A DNA stretch of 64,000 nt from Octopus sinensis (GCF_006345805.1 NC_043000.1:63364001-63428000); one strand, 5' to 3'; shown: positions 12,661 to 27,352, counted from the first letter of the stretch. The notes: generated from the letters alone by a model not told the origin. Numbers and translations: made by a program.

Positions 12661-15460
12661 ACATGCATGTGTGTATGAATTAAGAGGTGGAGAGTGAGAG
12701 GATGAAAGAAAGAAAATCTATTATCAAAATAAGCCTAATCAATATTTTCACTGCTTTGAGATATAAATAATGAATCTTAGATGATATAACTCATGATTTA
12801 ACCAACTTGAAATACTGTAAGATGTCAATTATTTTCCAAGTTTAATTTTTAAAATTTTAACTGGATATAGTCAGAGCTTTATAAGTGCACTATATCCATG
12901 GAAAAAGCACTTATCTTTGGAAACATTTTACTGAACTGAGACAAATGAAGAACAAATCTCCTTTTAGGCAAGGTACAAATCTACTGTTGTCAACTTAATT
13001 GGAAATGTTTGGCATCATTTCTCCCTAACAAAGTGAACTCGGGAAATGAAGATTTAAGACTTTCTCTCAGGACTCATAATGGAATGCCAAACAGATTCAA
13101 ACTCACAATCTTGTATGCTAACAGTCCAACACCTTATTCACTCAACTATTTTTTGAAGTCTCCAGGAGTTATGAGCAGCATGCAGTTATTGAAAGTTAAG
13201 ATATTGGCTGAGCAAACCAAGGAAGAAGCTTTAAATGCTTAGTCGATATAACAGTTTATAAGTAACAACTGTCCCATAATGTAGAAATTATAGTAACTGA
13301 TCTTTAAAAACATCTGAAAAACTACAGTCACATTAAAAGAAACAAATACAAACATCACCATTATCATCATTTTATATTCATTTTCCATCTACATTTTATA
13401 TCAGTTCATATTCTACCCTTGAAAAGTTGAAAGACAATGCCTCACTTGTATGTTTCATTTTTGGCATGGCTTCTGTAGCTGAATGCCCTCCTAATACCAA
13501 CCCTTTTTTATGTAAGAGTACATTTTATCATGGTACCATCACAAGAGTGCCACAATGAAGTGCACTCTGAAATGTGGTTGATAAACAAAATCCATGAGAA
13601 AGTCAAAGTAAGAGGAACTTAGATGGCTTCAGAAACTTTGTCAAATATCATTTACAGATTTCTTCATATTTGAAATCCTATTAACTTTTAATAACAAATC
13701 TCAAGTTATAGGATAAGTGAAAATGAACTTAATTGAGTTGATAAATTTTGGAATACATTCCATGGCATAATTATAACCAACACAAACAAGTAAATCAATA
13801 GTAGATAAATAATCTAATAAAAATTTATCTTTAAAGGAAAGAAAAACACCAAGTGGCAATGATGATGATTTTTGTAAGAGAAGTTTAGTCAATTAGATTG
13901 ATGGAAGTACTTGAATAATATTAATCCTATTGGACCCCAAAGGATGAAAAATAATGTTAACTTTGGTTTGATTTGATAATACATCAGAACATTTTGCAAG
14001 GCATTTTGTCTAAGTTGTACTAATTCTGCCATCTAACACCTTGTCTGATAGTATTGAATATTAAGAATAAAGACAAAAAGTGGCAAAGTATTTCTCTTTT
14101 CTTTCAATGGTGATGGCAAACAGTGCTGAATTATTACCATTATTAAGAATATTTTCCACCAAAGATCTTAAGGATGAACTGAAAAAGTGATTGGCATGGC
14201 TAATGGTATTAATATATAATGCAAATTAACAAAAACATAGCATGGAAAAGTTATATAGAATATTGGAAGGAGACAGTGATCACAGAAAACTTAGCATCAG
14301 GTTTTATGTGAACTCAGAATGTTACAACTCTCAGATTAAATAACACAAGAAAGCCTGATGCACTGAATTGTAGTTCAACTATATACAAAACTGTACATTA
14401 AACCAATGCTGAGACTGATTAATTATAATAGTTGTTAATCTTCTGAAGAGATATTGCCCTGCAATTTTCAAAGCTACAACAGATCAAACTTCATTAAGAA
14501 TTATGTAACAAAAACACAGCAGGATAATTCTATTCTTTTACTGGTATTCAGTCTTTAGGCTACAACAATTCCAGTATTTTACCAGATACTTATTCAATCA
14601 ATGTGTTTTTTACTGATTAGTTAAATCCTTCTAACGCCATATAACTTAATACTTAAGCATCACATGGTCCTTTCTGCTGAACTCAATAATTTACAGGCCA
14701 TCACCTTGCCTGTGCACACACAGCAGACATCTGCAGAGTTTCCATCTTTTAAATCCTACTCAGAGCACCAGAGTCTATGGTAGAAGAATCATATGGTTAT
14801 AAAGCAAACTTCTTAACCACACAGGCATGACAGTACCATCATGCATGTAATTTACTTATTATTATTGTTATATATGTCTTATACAAATTTGGTCATCAAG
14901 CATCAGATGTCTCCATTTACTGCTTTGCATTTTGTAATCACCAATCTTTAGGGAGAATAGTTGTAATTTTTAGGAGAGAGAGAACTGACAATTGCAACAT
15001 TGAGAATCCATATGCAAAGGTATTAACAACATAATTGAAATTGTTTCAAGTGAAAAACAAAACCAGTTAACAGGCTCAATGTATGTATTATGTCAAGAAA
15101 TAATACATTTAATAAAGTAAACAATCTTGTAATTTTGAAAGAGAAATGGCATGATTTCATGAGAAATTCTTATTCAAATTTACAATGAGGATTATATGAA
15201 CAAAAGGTATTGTGACCTAATGGAGTACATGATATGTGGTAGTATATAAGATAGCACAGTTATCATATTGTGTTTGGTTTAAAAATTCTTTTTAGTTAAC
15301 CAGAGTTCCTGGCTCACTGAAAACTCCCACCAAACTCACTCTGATGTATGGATAACAATGATAATAGATAATGCTGATATAGTTTCAATGGCCACAAAGA
15401 AGCCTTTTGGCTGTGTTTCAAATATGAATTCTTAAAATGATTAAAAGAAAATGTTCTTAC

Positions 15461-15558
15461 AGTTGGCCATGAACCAAACTTTGATTCCCTTACAGTATCA
15501 CAAGTAAGGTGGTCTACTAAATTGCAAATTTTCTCATTGACCTGTCTTGACTTATTGC
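15461..15558 (-). CDS. Putative internal coding exon ((G)NKSRQVNEKICNLVDHLTCDTVRESKFGSWPT)
   Basis: Acceptor 'gactaacag|' and donor '|gtaaga'; 98 nt, stop-free, and phases fit both neighbouring candidate exons. Confidence 0.6.
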
Positions 15559-18500
15559 CTGTTAGTCAACATAAATGCTTTCAAATCACAACTAATTTCA
15601 TTCTTTTCAAGTTTTCTTCTTTAACAACTGCACCAAACTACCATCCATTGAAACAACATGTCCTCACTACCTTATGTAAATAAAACTTAATACTTTTAAT
15701 TCTCAATACAGCTTACTATACATTCTTCAATTTGTTTTACTCTATTTTTAATCCAATCTTTTCAGATGTCCTTCCAGCCACGCAACCACAATTTTCCTAA
15801 AAATATCACTAACAAATAGAGTGATCTAACAGATTTTGCAAACAAAAGATACTGTTTTATCATGAAACTAACCAGGTTTTTCCAAATAAGTCGACTACAC
15901 ACCATATCACAACAGTCCTAACAAGTAGAAGATTTAACATAATAAGTAGAAGATTTTTTAAAATGATTACAGAGATGTACTTGCATAGCAAGTGACCTGA
16001 TCTGAGATCGTGCGCTGGAACGAAAACTATTGCAGCGTGGAAGGTGTTTATAAGCCATTTAAGAAACGCACAAAAACCGTTAGATTCACTTTAACATTTA
16101 AATTTAATTTGTCAAAATATTTTTGTCTCCTTGAGACCCCGACATTTAAAAAATAAGTAGTTATTCTAATTCAAATAAATTTTAATGAGTAAGTAGACAT
16201 ATTCAGAATAGGTTCTCCATCTTGGTTGTTCAGTCACAAATTTCAACTGTTGTTCCTTCTAGCATTCTCCAGGTGCTTTCTGTATTAAGTAACATTCTTG
16301 GAATTTCAAATTGAACCTTTTATTAAATATACAGAGATAGATTGTTCTCCTTCCTTTGTCCAGATCAAAGATATTCCATTGTGTAAAAAATAACCCTGAT
16401 GCAGATAATATAATAATCCCATGAGTATATTTAACCCCATGGTTATAACCCTATGGGTATATTAAAGGGTTCATTAAGAAAGATACCTGAAGAAGAGCAG
16501 AGGTTAGAATGATAGCAATACTGTGAGTATAACAACTAAGATGAGAACACTAACATAAATATATCAGTATATAATTCTTTCTAATTTCGGCGCAAGGCCA
16601 GCAACCTTGAAGGAAGGAAGGAGGCTGGTCGATTACATCAACCCCAGTGCTTGACTGGTATCTAGTTTATTGACCCAGGCAATGTCAACCTCAGAACATA
16701 GTCAGAAAAAATGCTACTAAGCATTTTAGTACAGAGAGATAACAGGATAACACTGTAGTAGGGTGGTGACAAGGGGTGCTAGGCTAAGAGAAGTAAAGCT
16801 AAGTTAGGAGGAACAGGTAGAAGGAAGTGACACTTGAGAAGTAGCAATTAGCAATGGGGAAACCAAAAGCTAAGAATGAAAGATGACAGAATTGATCAAC
16901 AAAGAAAAAACAATAGAAAATGTAGAAAAATCACAAAATGAAAAAATTTTTTAATTAAAAATGAAAAGATGACAAGAAGCTGAGGTAGTGTGAAAGGTTT
17001 TGATAAATTATATGAACAGTGAGGAAGCCCTTGGAAATCCTCATTTAAAAATCCCAGGAAGTTTTTTTCTTCAAATTTTCAAAAGTTCAAAAGGTCTAAC
17101 AGTTTTTTTGAGAGCTAGGGAGGTAGATGGATGGATAGATAGAGAAACAGACAGACAGACACACACACACACACACACATACATACATACATACATAAAG
17201 GGGACCTACTGGTAGTATGTGGTCTGTGTATGGCCTTGTCGCTAGTTCTTGGGTTGATTGGTTAAGTAAGTGCTTTTGGAGCTATAATCCTTCATTAGAC
17301 TTTCCAATGGTTATTACTAGATCACAACTATGTTGCCTGAGATACACCAATACCTTATATTAAGCATTCTATCCAGCATACTAACAACTCTACCCACTTG
17401 CTGCCTTATATCAATATACAATAATGAAAGTCAGACAAAAATTAGTAATAGTGAAAGAATTCACTAATGTATGCCATAATTGTAAGTCTCATCCCCTTAA
17501 TAAAAATGATGTTTTAAGCCTGAAATCACAATTTAACATAATTAGGATAAGAGGATGTCCTGACTATCATAAATATTCTTCATATCAACATCTATATATT
17601 GTACAATTGCATGTTCATTTCTACCATTTGAGACATTGTAAGTAACACTAATAATAAAAAAAGGACAGTTGGTAGTTATGGAAGTAGTTGTAACAGAGAT
17701 GGTATTGCTGACACTAAATGGAGAAAGAGAGAGAGAGAGAGAGAGAAGTAAAATCAGCAGGTTTCCACATAATTTAAAGTTTCATTTAACTTTTTATACT
17801 TAGGTATAAAGTCAGTTCTTAAATCCATTTAAAACAAATTAAATCCCATTCTATTTTTGTTCTGATTCAAACACTGATTGAAGCACTAAATATAACTGAT
17901 ATAGAAGAATCAGAGATGCCAGATGAGATGTTAAACAATGATCTACTGCACTATCAGTGCCAATAAGCTGAAAGCTAGGAAGCACTCTCTCAAGCTCTCT
18001 GTGCAGGTCATCCAAGATTAGTGAGATCAACACAATTCATATTTAAAACATACAATTAAAACAACCTGATGACTGAAAACTGAACATAAAATATGTATAA
18101 AAAATTAAAAACTATTGTTTTAAACAGTTATGATACAAGATACAAGATGTTTATTTAAAAACAGAATTAACCTTTCAAGAAATTTACCTTGATACTTAGT
18201 ATGATTGGTTCTAAATGGTAATAACTTTGTATAACAAACTTCCATTCAAGATAAAGAAATAGTTTTTTTCTACTCTGTTTACCTCTCTGTACCACTTCTC
18301 TTATATTCCACCTTCCTACAACTTGACTGTATGCCCTGACACATCTTCACCACCATCTTCTCTCTTTTCTAATTGAGCTAGCCAAGTATCTCTTCTACAG
18401 CAAGACACTTATTTCAATCCTTCTATTATACTTTAACCTCTCATCACCTGGCATAAAGCCACTTGTCTCAATAATACACCCTTCAGTCAAGGGGTCTTGA

Positions 18501-18887
18501 CTTGTGAGTTACTTAGTGACTTCACTCATGCTGGTGCCACGTAAAAAGCACTCAGTACACTCTGTAAAGTGGTTGGCATTAGAAAGGGCATCCATCTGTT
18601 AAAATCATGCCAAAGCAGATATTGGGGCATGGCAAAGTCCTCTGGTTTGCCAGCTCCTGTTGAACCATAAAACTAATGCCAGCATAGAAAACAAACATAA
18701 AGATAATGATTCTACCCCTGGCATATGGGTAGAATACACTGAACTTTATAAAGCAAATTTGAGTGAAAATCATTTTATAATGATAAATTTTTAAATAATA
18801 ATGTGCTATGTTTATAAATAATGTAGAAAATATAAAGCAAATAAAAATACTATACAAATGCAAAAGTAACATTTCCTGAAAATATAC

Positions 18888-18941
18888 CCTGTTTTTCTAT
18901 ACCCCATTGACCAAAAGGATTCAATGAGATCATCTCACAAG
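18888..18941 (-). CDS. Putative internal coding exon (xCEMISLNPFGQWGIEKQ(G))
   Basis: Acceptor 'gtggtag|' and donor 'CAGG|gtatat'; 54 nt, ends in phase 1, matching the exon at 15558. Confidence 0.5.
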
Positions 18942-19189
18942 CTACCACATACAGAAATCAATAGTTGATATAACAATAAGGAGTTATTGCTGCCATGGTG
19001 ATATTTATTACTTTAGAATTATCAACTAAAGAATACTGACAAAGTACTAATTAAAAATAATTAAAGTTTGTTATTTACCAACATGGTATTTGAGCATATT
19101 CTACAGTAAACATATTAGGATTTTAGCTACAGAAAATCAGAGATGAGAGTCAATCCTATAAACAAACAACAAGTGGAATTGGTCAGAAA

Positions 19190-19431
19190 AGTTAAGAACA
19201 TAGTTGCAGGGTACTTTAGGCAAGTGTCCTTTGCTATATCCTGGGTTAACCAAAGCCTTGAGAGTGGACTTGGCCAACAGAAATTGAAGAAAGCCCATCA
19301 TGTATTATATATATCATCATCATCATTTAACATCTATTTTCCATATCTGTGTGTGTGTGTGTGTGTGTGCATGTGTGTATCATCATCATCATCATCATTG
19401 TTTAACATCCACCTTCCATATTGTCATGGGT

Positions 19432-19490
<59 letters not shown>

Positions 19491-19730
19491 ATATGTATAT
19501 ATGTATGAATATAAGTGTGTGTATGTGTCTTTGTCTCTCACAATCGCTTGGCAACCAATGTTGGTTTGTTTACTTCCCTGTAACATAGCAGTTCAGTAAA
19601 AAAAAACCCATTAGAATAAGTACCAGGCTTTTGAAATTAAGCACTGGAGTCAATTTTGTTCAACAAAAAACTTTCAAAGCAGTGCTCCAGCACAGCCACA
19701 GTCCAATGACTGAAACAAATAAAAACAAAC
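19190..19730 (+). mobile_element. Octopus-type SINE with expanded internal microsatellites
   Basis: SINE body interrupted by (CAT)n, (TA)n and (TG)n; typical tail ending 'aatgactgaaac'. Confidence 0.65.
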
Positions 19731-20109
19731 AAAAAAATAAATAAATAAATTCACTAAACAATTATCAAATTTTAGTGATGATCAGCACATTTCCACAGGG
19801 AAAAAATTATTTTTCAGCATCAAAACAAAAATAATATATTACCAACACATTTTTTTTAAAACTTTATTTTTACAAGTTCAATTAATATTCAGTAAAACAT
19901 TTCCCATTTTAATCATTCCACTCTTAATTAATTCTTAAGCTATTCATTCAGTATTAAGTTTATGCTTGATTATGGGAATGAAAATGATGAAAAAAAAAGA
20001 AATCAGAAATAGTTGAAAACAATTGTTTTTGTATCTAAAATTTAGTTTTGTGATAAGATTATGATGACTTGCTTTTTTCTAATTATGAAAATTGATTGCT
20101 TTTATCCTT

Positions 20110-20180
20110 ATATATTCACACACATACACAGATACATATATGTATGTATTCACTCACAGATACACACATATATACAAGAC

Positions 20181-20218
<38 letters not shown>

Positions 20219-20340
20219 GTATATAAGCATATACATATATATCAACACAAGTACACATACACTCATATATACACATATGCGCACACGCACACACATACAT
20301 GCACATCTATATATATGCACACAAACACACATCTATATAC

Positions 20341-20371
<31 letters not shown>

Positions 20372-20671
20372 TATATATATACATATATATATATACACAC
20401 ACACACACATACATACATATATATATATATACACACACACACAACATACATACATATATATATATACACACACACACACATACATACATATATATATATA
20501 CACACACACACACATACATACATATATATATATAACACACACACACACATACATACATATATATATATACACCACACACACATACATACATATATATATA
20601 CACACACACATACATACATATATATATATACACACACACACATACATACATATATATATATACACACACAC

Positions 20672-20704
<33 letters not shown>

Positions 20705-20880
20705 CACATACACACACACACATACATACATATATATATATATATAATATACACACACACATACATATATATATACACATACACATCTATATATATGCAC
20801 ACAAACACACATCTATATATATAATATACACACACACACACATCTATATATATGTACACACACACACACATTCATATACA
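20110..20880. repeat. (TA)n/(CA)n compound microsatellite
   Basis: Higher-order 'cacacacacatacatacatatatatatata' units. Confidence 0.95.
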
Positions 20881-21925
20881 TATCCCACAACCACCTTTCT
20901 TCTTTTCATTCTACTTTTCTCACTTCCCAGGTCCTCCCACTTCTCTCCTTGTTCACTCATTCATGCTTCATCCACCGCCTTCTCCTGCCCTTCCCACACT
21001 TCCCCACTCTCCTACTTCTCCCACTCCTCTTTTCCTTCTCACCAGCCATCACCTTCTTCATAATATCCTTCTGGTGCCAACAGCCTCCAATTGCTCCAGC
21101 AAATTAAGTTATGAACTATCACACTGCACATTGAACCCTAGCCAGTTTAGTACTCTAGAATTATTTACTGATGCCTACCACTTTAACCTTCAACAACATT
21201 CAATCCAAACTCACCACTCCCACCATCATCAAACCAGCTGACAAGTGCAGTGAGCTGACCTCTCCAGAACTGAAGCCCTGCACCAGCTCCAGAAGCTCCC
21301 CTTCTATCATCCAATGCCCCTTGATCTTACCCCTGCTACAAACATCTATCATCCACCATATCCTCCAAACCCCCCCCCCCACACACACACACCCTACACC
21401 CATCATCTGTTTCATTCCAAATATCCACGAGCCCAAAAGCTTCGGATGCCCTATTGAATTTGCTTGTAACTGCTCCACTGATCTGTTCTCCACCTACCTC
21501 GATACTCTCCTCACCTTCCTTTCACATGCAATAATATTAATATTACAACACTTCTTCCTACAAACCATAACTCCATGCTAGTACACTCCCATACTTGCAG
21601 ACTTCCACACACTCCATACAAACATACATAATTCCCCTATGCTCATCTCCATACAAGGATACACTCATACATATTCTCACATCACTCGACCCCCACCTCC
21701 CTTCCTAACTCCCCTCACCAAACCACATTCCTACCTGACCCCTAACTATTCCATTTTCTTTTTCTGCAAACACTTATCCTCGTTCATTCTCATCTATTTT
21801 GTGTTTTCTTTCTTTCTCCTGATGAAGGACTAGCATCCAAAATGTCAAGACGCTCACCCTTCTCTTTAAGAGACAATAAAATTTGTCCCCTCCGTGTTGT
21901 TTTTATTCTTTGCTTATTGCTTTCT
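20880..21925 (+). mobile_element. Decayed Penelope-like element (RT remnant and pseudo-LTR)
   Basis: Peptides IIKPADK and FIPNIHEPKSFGCPIEFACNCSTDLFSTYLD resemble the PLE RT motifs IKPADKG and LPKIHK...GRPIVS...IS.YLD. Ends with a mutated HHR (CTGATGA at 21819). Confidence 0.65.
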
Positions 21926-21936
21926 TAATATGTAGA

Positions 21937-21939
<3 letters not shown>

Positions 21940-21980
<41 letters not shown>

Positions 21981-22153
21981 GATATAATATATATATAGAT
22001 ATATATACACAGATATATATATATACACACAGATATATATATATATATACACAGATATATTATATATATTATATATATATATATAATATATATATATATT
22101 ATACACACAGTATATATATATATATATATATATATATCTATATATATATATAC

Positions 22154-22192
<39 letters not shown>

Positions 22193-22197
22193 ATATA

Positions 22198-22236
<39 letters not shown>

Positions 22237-22292
22237 TATATATATATATATAATATATATATATACACATACACAGATATATATATATACAC

Positions 22293-22325
<33 letters not shown>

Positions 22326-22501
22326 CACAGATATATCTATATATATACACATACACAGATATAATATATATATATATATATATACACAGATATATATATA
22401 TACACATATATATACACAGATATATATATATACACATATATATACACAGATATATATATATACACAGATATATATATATACACAGATATATATATATACA
22501 C

Positions 22502-22540
<39 letters not shown>

Positions 22541-22712
22541 AATATATATATACAAATATATATATATATATACACAGATATATATATATACAAATATATA
22601 TATACAAATATATATATATACAAACATATATATATACAAACATATATATATACAAACATATATATATATACAAATATATATATATATACAAATATATATA
22701 TATATATATACA
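21940..22712. repeat. (TA)n array with ACAG/ACAA interruptions
   Basis: Direct inspection. Confidence 0.95.
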
Positions 22713-24835
22713 CGAGAAAGAAGCAACAAGAATGGATAGGTTTTTAGTACAATCGTTTCATACAAGGACAGGCTTTATTAAAAGTTGCAAAAATTACAGC
22801 ATATAAACGTGTCCCGTACTCATCAGCTAAAATACATGTGAGTTCTCTAGACATCCTAGTGGTTGAGGCTATACTCATGAAGTGATGTAGATAATTAAGT
22901 AACATAAACAGATTTCCAAAGTTCATTAAAGTTCTTTAAAGATGATGTACAGTCTTATCACAGAATTTTAAAAAAGTTTTAATAGCATCACAGAGAAGGT
23001 GACCTAATCCATAGTGCACATATGAATTTCCAGAGATATGAGGAGGGATTACATACTCACAGACGACAAATTTATCCATTGTTAATCACAACGAGGTAGG
23101 TCTCAATTCCTGCTTATTAGCATTAATCCTTTGTATAGATGCACAATTTCCAATGGTGTAGATGTAAATTTCCAGAGAAATGAAAGGAATTTCATATTCA
23201 CAGGCGATAAATTTATCAATGGTTGAACACAATGAGGTAGGTATCAATTCTTGTTATATGATTAGGTATTTGCCACATTAATCACATTACTGCTATTTAC
23301 AAGAGGCTGTAGCTATTTAACTTTTAAAGGCTGAAGGGCTTTCTAGAGAGGCAAAGAACAGAAAAAGGGAAGGGAAGAGAAGAAAAGAGAGAAAATAAAG
23401 GAGAAGGGAGCAAAAAGGGGGGGGGGGGCTAAAAGAGAAGAGAAAAGGAAAAAGAGAATAAGAAGAAGAAAAAGAAAAAGAGAAAAGAGAAAGAAATAGG
23501 GAAAGAAGGGAAGAAAAAGAAAAAAAAAGAGGGTTCTAGTTATACAGAAGAATTTAGGACGGCAAGTCTGGTTTTAATTTACAGGCATCTAGGAACTAGA
23601 GGAGAATATTATTTTTGACCAGTAAAACAGCTAATTTATTGCTGTTGAAATCAGCTATGAATTTAAAGAGAATCTAAAGAGATAACACGGTCAGGGGTTT
23701 AGGGGTCAGATGCTAAAATCAAAAGAAAATACATTAGGAAAATCTAAGTATAATCTTATCAAAAAGTCATTAAAATTTATTTATTTAATTTATTCATTTT
23801 ATTGTCTTAAGGAGTTGCCGTTATTATTCATACATTGACGGACTACAGGTCAAATCTTAGAAGATCATTTACAAGGTGTTAGGGAATTGTCTATCATAAT
23901 GAAGATAATCATATTATCACCGAGGGAGTAGCCTTATTTATTTAATTTTGAAATAGAATTATGGGGCTTTAGTAACTCATTTTATTTTATTAAAGTTATG
24001 CTACTTAAATTAGATTAAGTTAAGAATTAAAATTAAAAATTACAATTAAGATTTAAAATTATGAGTTTGAAATTAAATAAAGCCTCAATTAAGCAGCGTA
24101 TAAGTACTATTCATTTCCCTGTTCTCAAAAAACTGATGCAGATATAAGGAAAAAGATAACTGTAGTGTGAGAACTCTTAGTTATCTACTTAAAGCAGTGC
24201 TATACTAGTAAAAATCAAGTTATATCTATCTATCTATCTAGTTACGGATATTCTAATCATTTAAAATATTTTAAAGTCTTCAATTTAGCGTGGACACAAA
24301 CTTGACCTAGTTCGATATGGTTATTCAATAAGTTTCTATGTTTTCTATGCTTTAGAATTTCATACGTCTCCATGGAGCATAGTTGGCAACAACCCTACTA
24401 TTTTTATACGGAATTGCTCTCCTAACTATTTCCCAATTAAGGTTATAATTATTATTATTATTTTTGAGTTCCCAGATTTTGTTTGAAAGTGTGGTGGTAC
24501 CAGCTTTATGACGTAATTTAAAAGACGAGATGTGATTTCTAACTCTGGCTAGAAAATTAATTGTACATCCAATGTAAAAATATTTGTTATTCTCCGTGGA
24601 TATGGTACATTTATAGATTACATTATTTTCCCCGCATAGACCAGGTGCCGGGCATTTTGATTTTATTCTACACTTACACACAGGAGGAACAACTTCAGGT
24701 TTCGGATTATTTTGGGTAGATGTCTTAGGTTCCTATTATTTTGATTATCATGAGTATAATTGTCCTTATTGTTATTAATATTTCTATAGTTGGTGCTGAT
24801 ATCTAAAGTATTGCTATTATTTATTGATCCTTCTG
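22713..24835 (-). mobile_element. 5'-truncated Penelope-like retroelement (C-terminal GIY-YIG endonuclease plus long 3' region with HHR)
   Basis: ORF 24352-24681 has a CxCxxxxCPxxGxC linker, VIYKC...YIGCT...RVRNH and LSNKIWELK...WEI. Flanked by (TA)n on both sides. Confidence 0.85.
22742..22832 (-). ncRNA. Type I hammerhead ribozyme (family A)
   Basis: Minus strand: UUUUAG-CUGAUGA-[long stem II, G.U closing]-GAAA-CGAUU-GUA-CUAAAA. Stem I is 6 perfect bp. Confidence 0.7.
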
Positions 24836-25036
24836 TTTATATACAAATATATATACATATATATATATACAAACATATATATATATACAAACATATATAT
24901 ATATACAAACATATATATATATTACACATATATATATATATATACACATATATATATATATACACACATATATATATATACACATATATATATATACACA
25001 TATATATATATACATATATATATACACATATATATA
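24835..25036. repeat. (TA)n microsatellite
   Basis: Direct inspection. Confidence 0.95.
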
Positions 25037-26156
25037 AATAAATCCTTAAATCCTTAAAAATGTTTTAGCCCGAAGGCCGCGGCCATGCTGGGGCACCACC
25101 GCTGAATGAGCTACACTAGTTTGTGAATCCACCTCTGATACGTGGCACTTGATCAACAAGGGAGTTCGATGCTGCTGCCCGCATCCGTGTCTCCTGTCGT
25201 GAGGTAGGTTCATCTGGGACTCCCAACAAGAAGAGATCCAGTTTAGTTTTAAAGAAACCCACATCCACACCATGTAAGTCTCTCAGGCATTTAGGGAGGA
25301 TGTAAAGAGCTGTGGTCCTCTGAAACCCAAGCTGTTGCAGTATCTGGAACTGTATTTTGATGGTGATGTTGGAATCCTTGGCACCACGCAGCGGCGCCCC
25401 GTTCTGCGGTTGGAGTAACTTTGAATGCCAAAGTTTGGGACAAGACCTCCAGGATTTTCCAGATGTATATCACTGCATATCTCTCCCGCCTCCGCTCCAG
25501 GGAGAAGAGGTTTAATACCTTCAGTCTTTCCCAGTAGCTGACATTTTGCATTGAGACGATTTTCTTTGTGTAGCTTCTCTGAGTTGCTTCGAGTTCTGCT
25601 GTTTGTTTTATATTGTGTGGTGACCAAAGTTGGGAGCAGCAGTAGTCCAAGCGGCTGAGGACAAATGTTTTCCATAGGACCATCAGTGTCTCCTTCTCTC
25701 TTGTTCTGAAAGTTCGGAGAATCCATCCAGCTAGCCGTCTGCATTTTATCACCAGATTAGCAATATGCATTTGGAAAGATGCATCATTGCTCATGTCAAT
25801 GCCCAGGTCACGCACTGATTTTGACTCAGGGATTGCAATTCTTCCTGGGCCAGTGTATCCAGTCTTCACGTCATTTACCTTTGTGTGCCAGTAGCGCAGG
25901 GCCTGGAACTTACCTGCATTAAACTGCATGTTGTTGTCCTCAGCCGACCTGTATATTGTGTCCAGCTCATGTTGCAGATGCGCAATATTTTCAGGGTTTT
26001 GTATTGCGTGGGAGACTTTTGTGTCATCTGCATAGCTAGCAAGGGTGGTCATCGTAGCAACTGAGGCATGTCTGTCTGAAAGGGCCACTATGAACATCAG
26101 TGGCCCCAAGACAGTGCCCTGTGGGACACCGCTTGTTATTAGCGTTTCCCTGGAGG
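25037..26156 (-). mobile_element. 5'-truncated CR1/L2-group LINE (RT C-terminal half, 3' UTR, tandem-repeat tail)
   Basis: GVPQGTVLGP, SYADDTK, VRDLGI, SRLDYC, YWERLKVLNLFSLERRRER; one frameshift near 25440; (TTTAAGGA)n tail; inserted in (TA)n. Confidence 0.9.
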
Positions 26157-27039
26157 TATATATATATATATATTATACACATATATATATACACATATAT
26201 ATATTACACATATATATACACACACCATATATATACCACACATATATATACACCCACATATATATATACACATATATATATACACATATATATATATAAC
26301 ACATTATATACAGACACATATATATACAACACACATAATATATACCACATATATATACACACATATATACACACATATATACAACATATATACACACATA
26401 ATATACATTATATACACACATATATACACACACATATATATATACACACACACATATATACACACACATATATATACACACATATATACCACCATATATA
26501 TACACACACAATATATATATATACATATATACACACATATATACACACATATATATATATATACATACACACATATACACACATATATATAACACACACA
26601 CATATATATATACACACCACAATATATATATACCACACACATATATATATACACACACATATATATATACACCCACACTATATATATAACACACATATAT
26701 ATAATACCCCACACATATATATATATATACCACACATATATATATATATATATACACAACACATATATATATATATACAATACACACACATATATATATA
26801 TACACACATATATATACACAACACACATATATATACACACACACACATATATACACAACACAACAATATATATACACACACACACACATATATTATACAC
26901 ACACACATATATATACACACACATATATATATACAACACACACACATATATATATACACCACACATATATATACCACATATACATACACACATATACATA
27001 TACACACATATACATATACACACACATATATATGTATAT

Positions 27040-27086
<47 letters not shown>

Positions 27087-27125
27087 ACACACATATATAT
27101 ATTACACACATATATATATATATAT
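26157..27125. repeat. ~1-kb (TA)/(CA) compound microsatellite
   Basis: Direct inspection. Confidence 0.95.
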
Positions 27126-27352
27126 AATTGTTAAAGAGGGCAACAAACGTTAAGGCAAGGCAAATATCTCAAGTCATATACATTATTATTTTATTGGAAA
27201 AAATTGTCCTCTTTAACAATTATATATCCGTTATATCGGAAATCTGCAATGGCTCCATAACTACTGTCTTGGCTATCACATTGGAGCCCAAGTAATCTGT
27301 TACAGCACTTCCCCAGCTTACCTAGTCATTTACATCACTAGTGAACTAAACC

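Noticed and set aside
13090-13200. tRNA gene on the minus strand
   Set aside because: Only a degenerate tRNA-like SINE head; no cloverleaf or terminator.
16200-16560. Another Penelope GIY-YIG/HHR remnant
   Set aside because: Too degenerate to translate or fold convincingly by eye.
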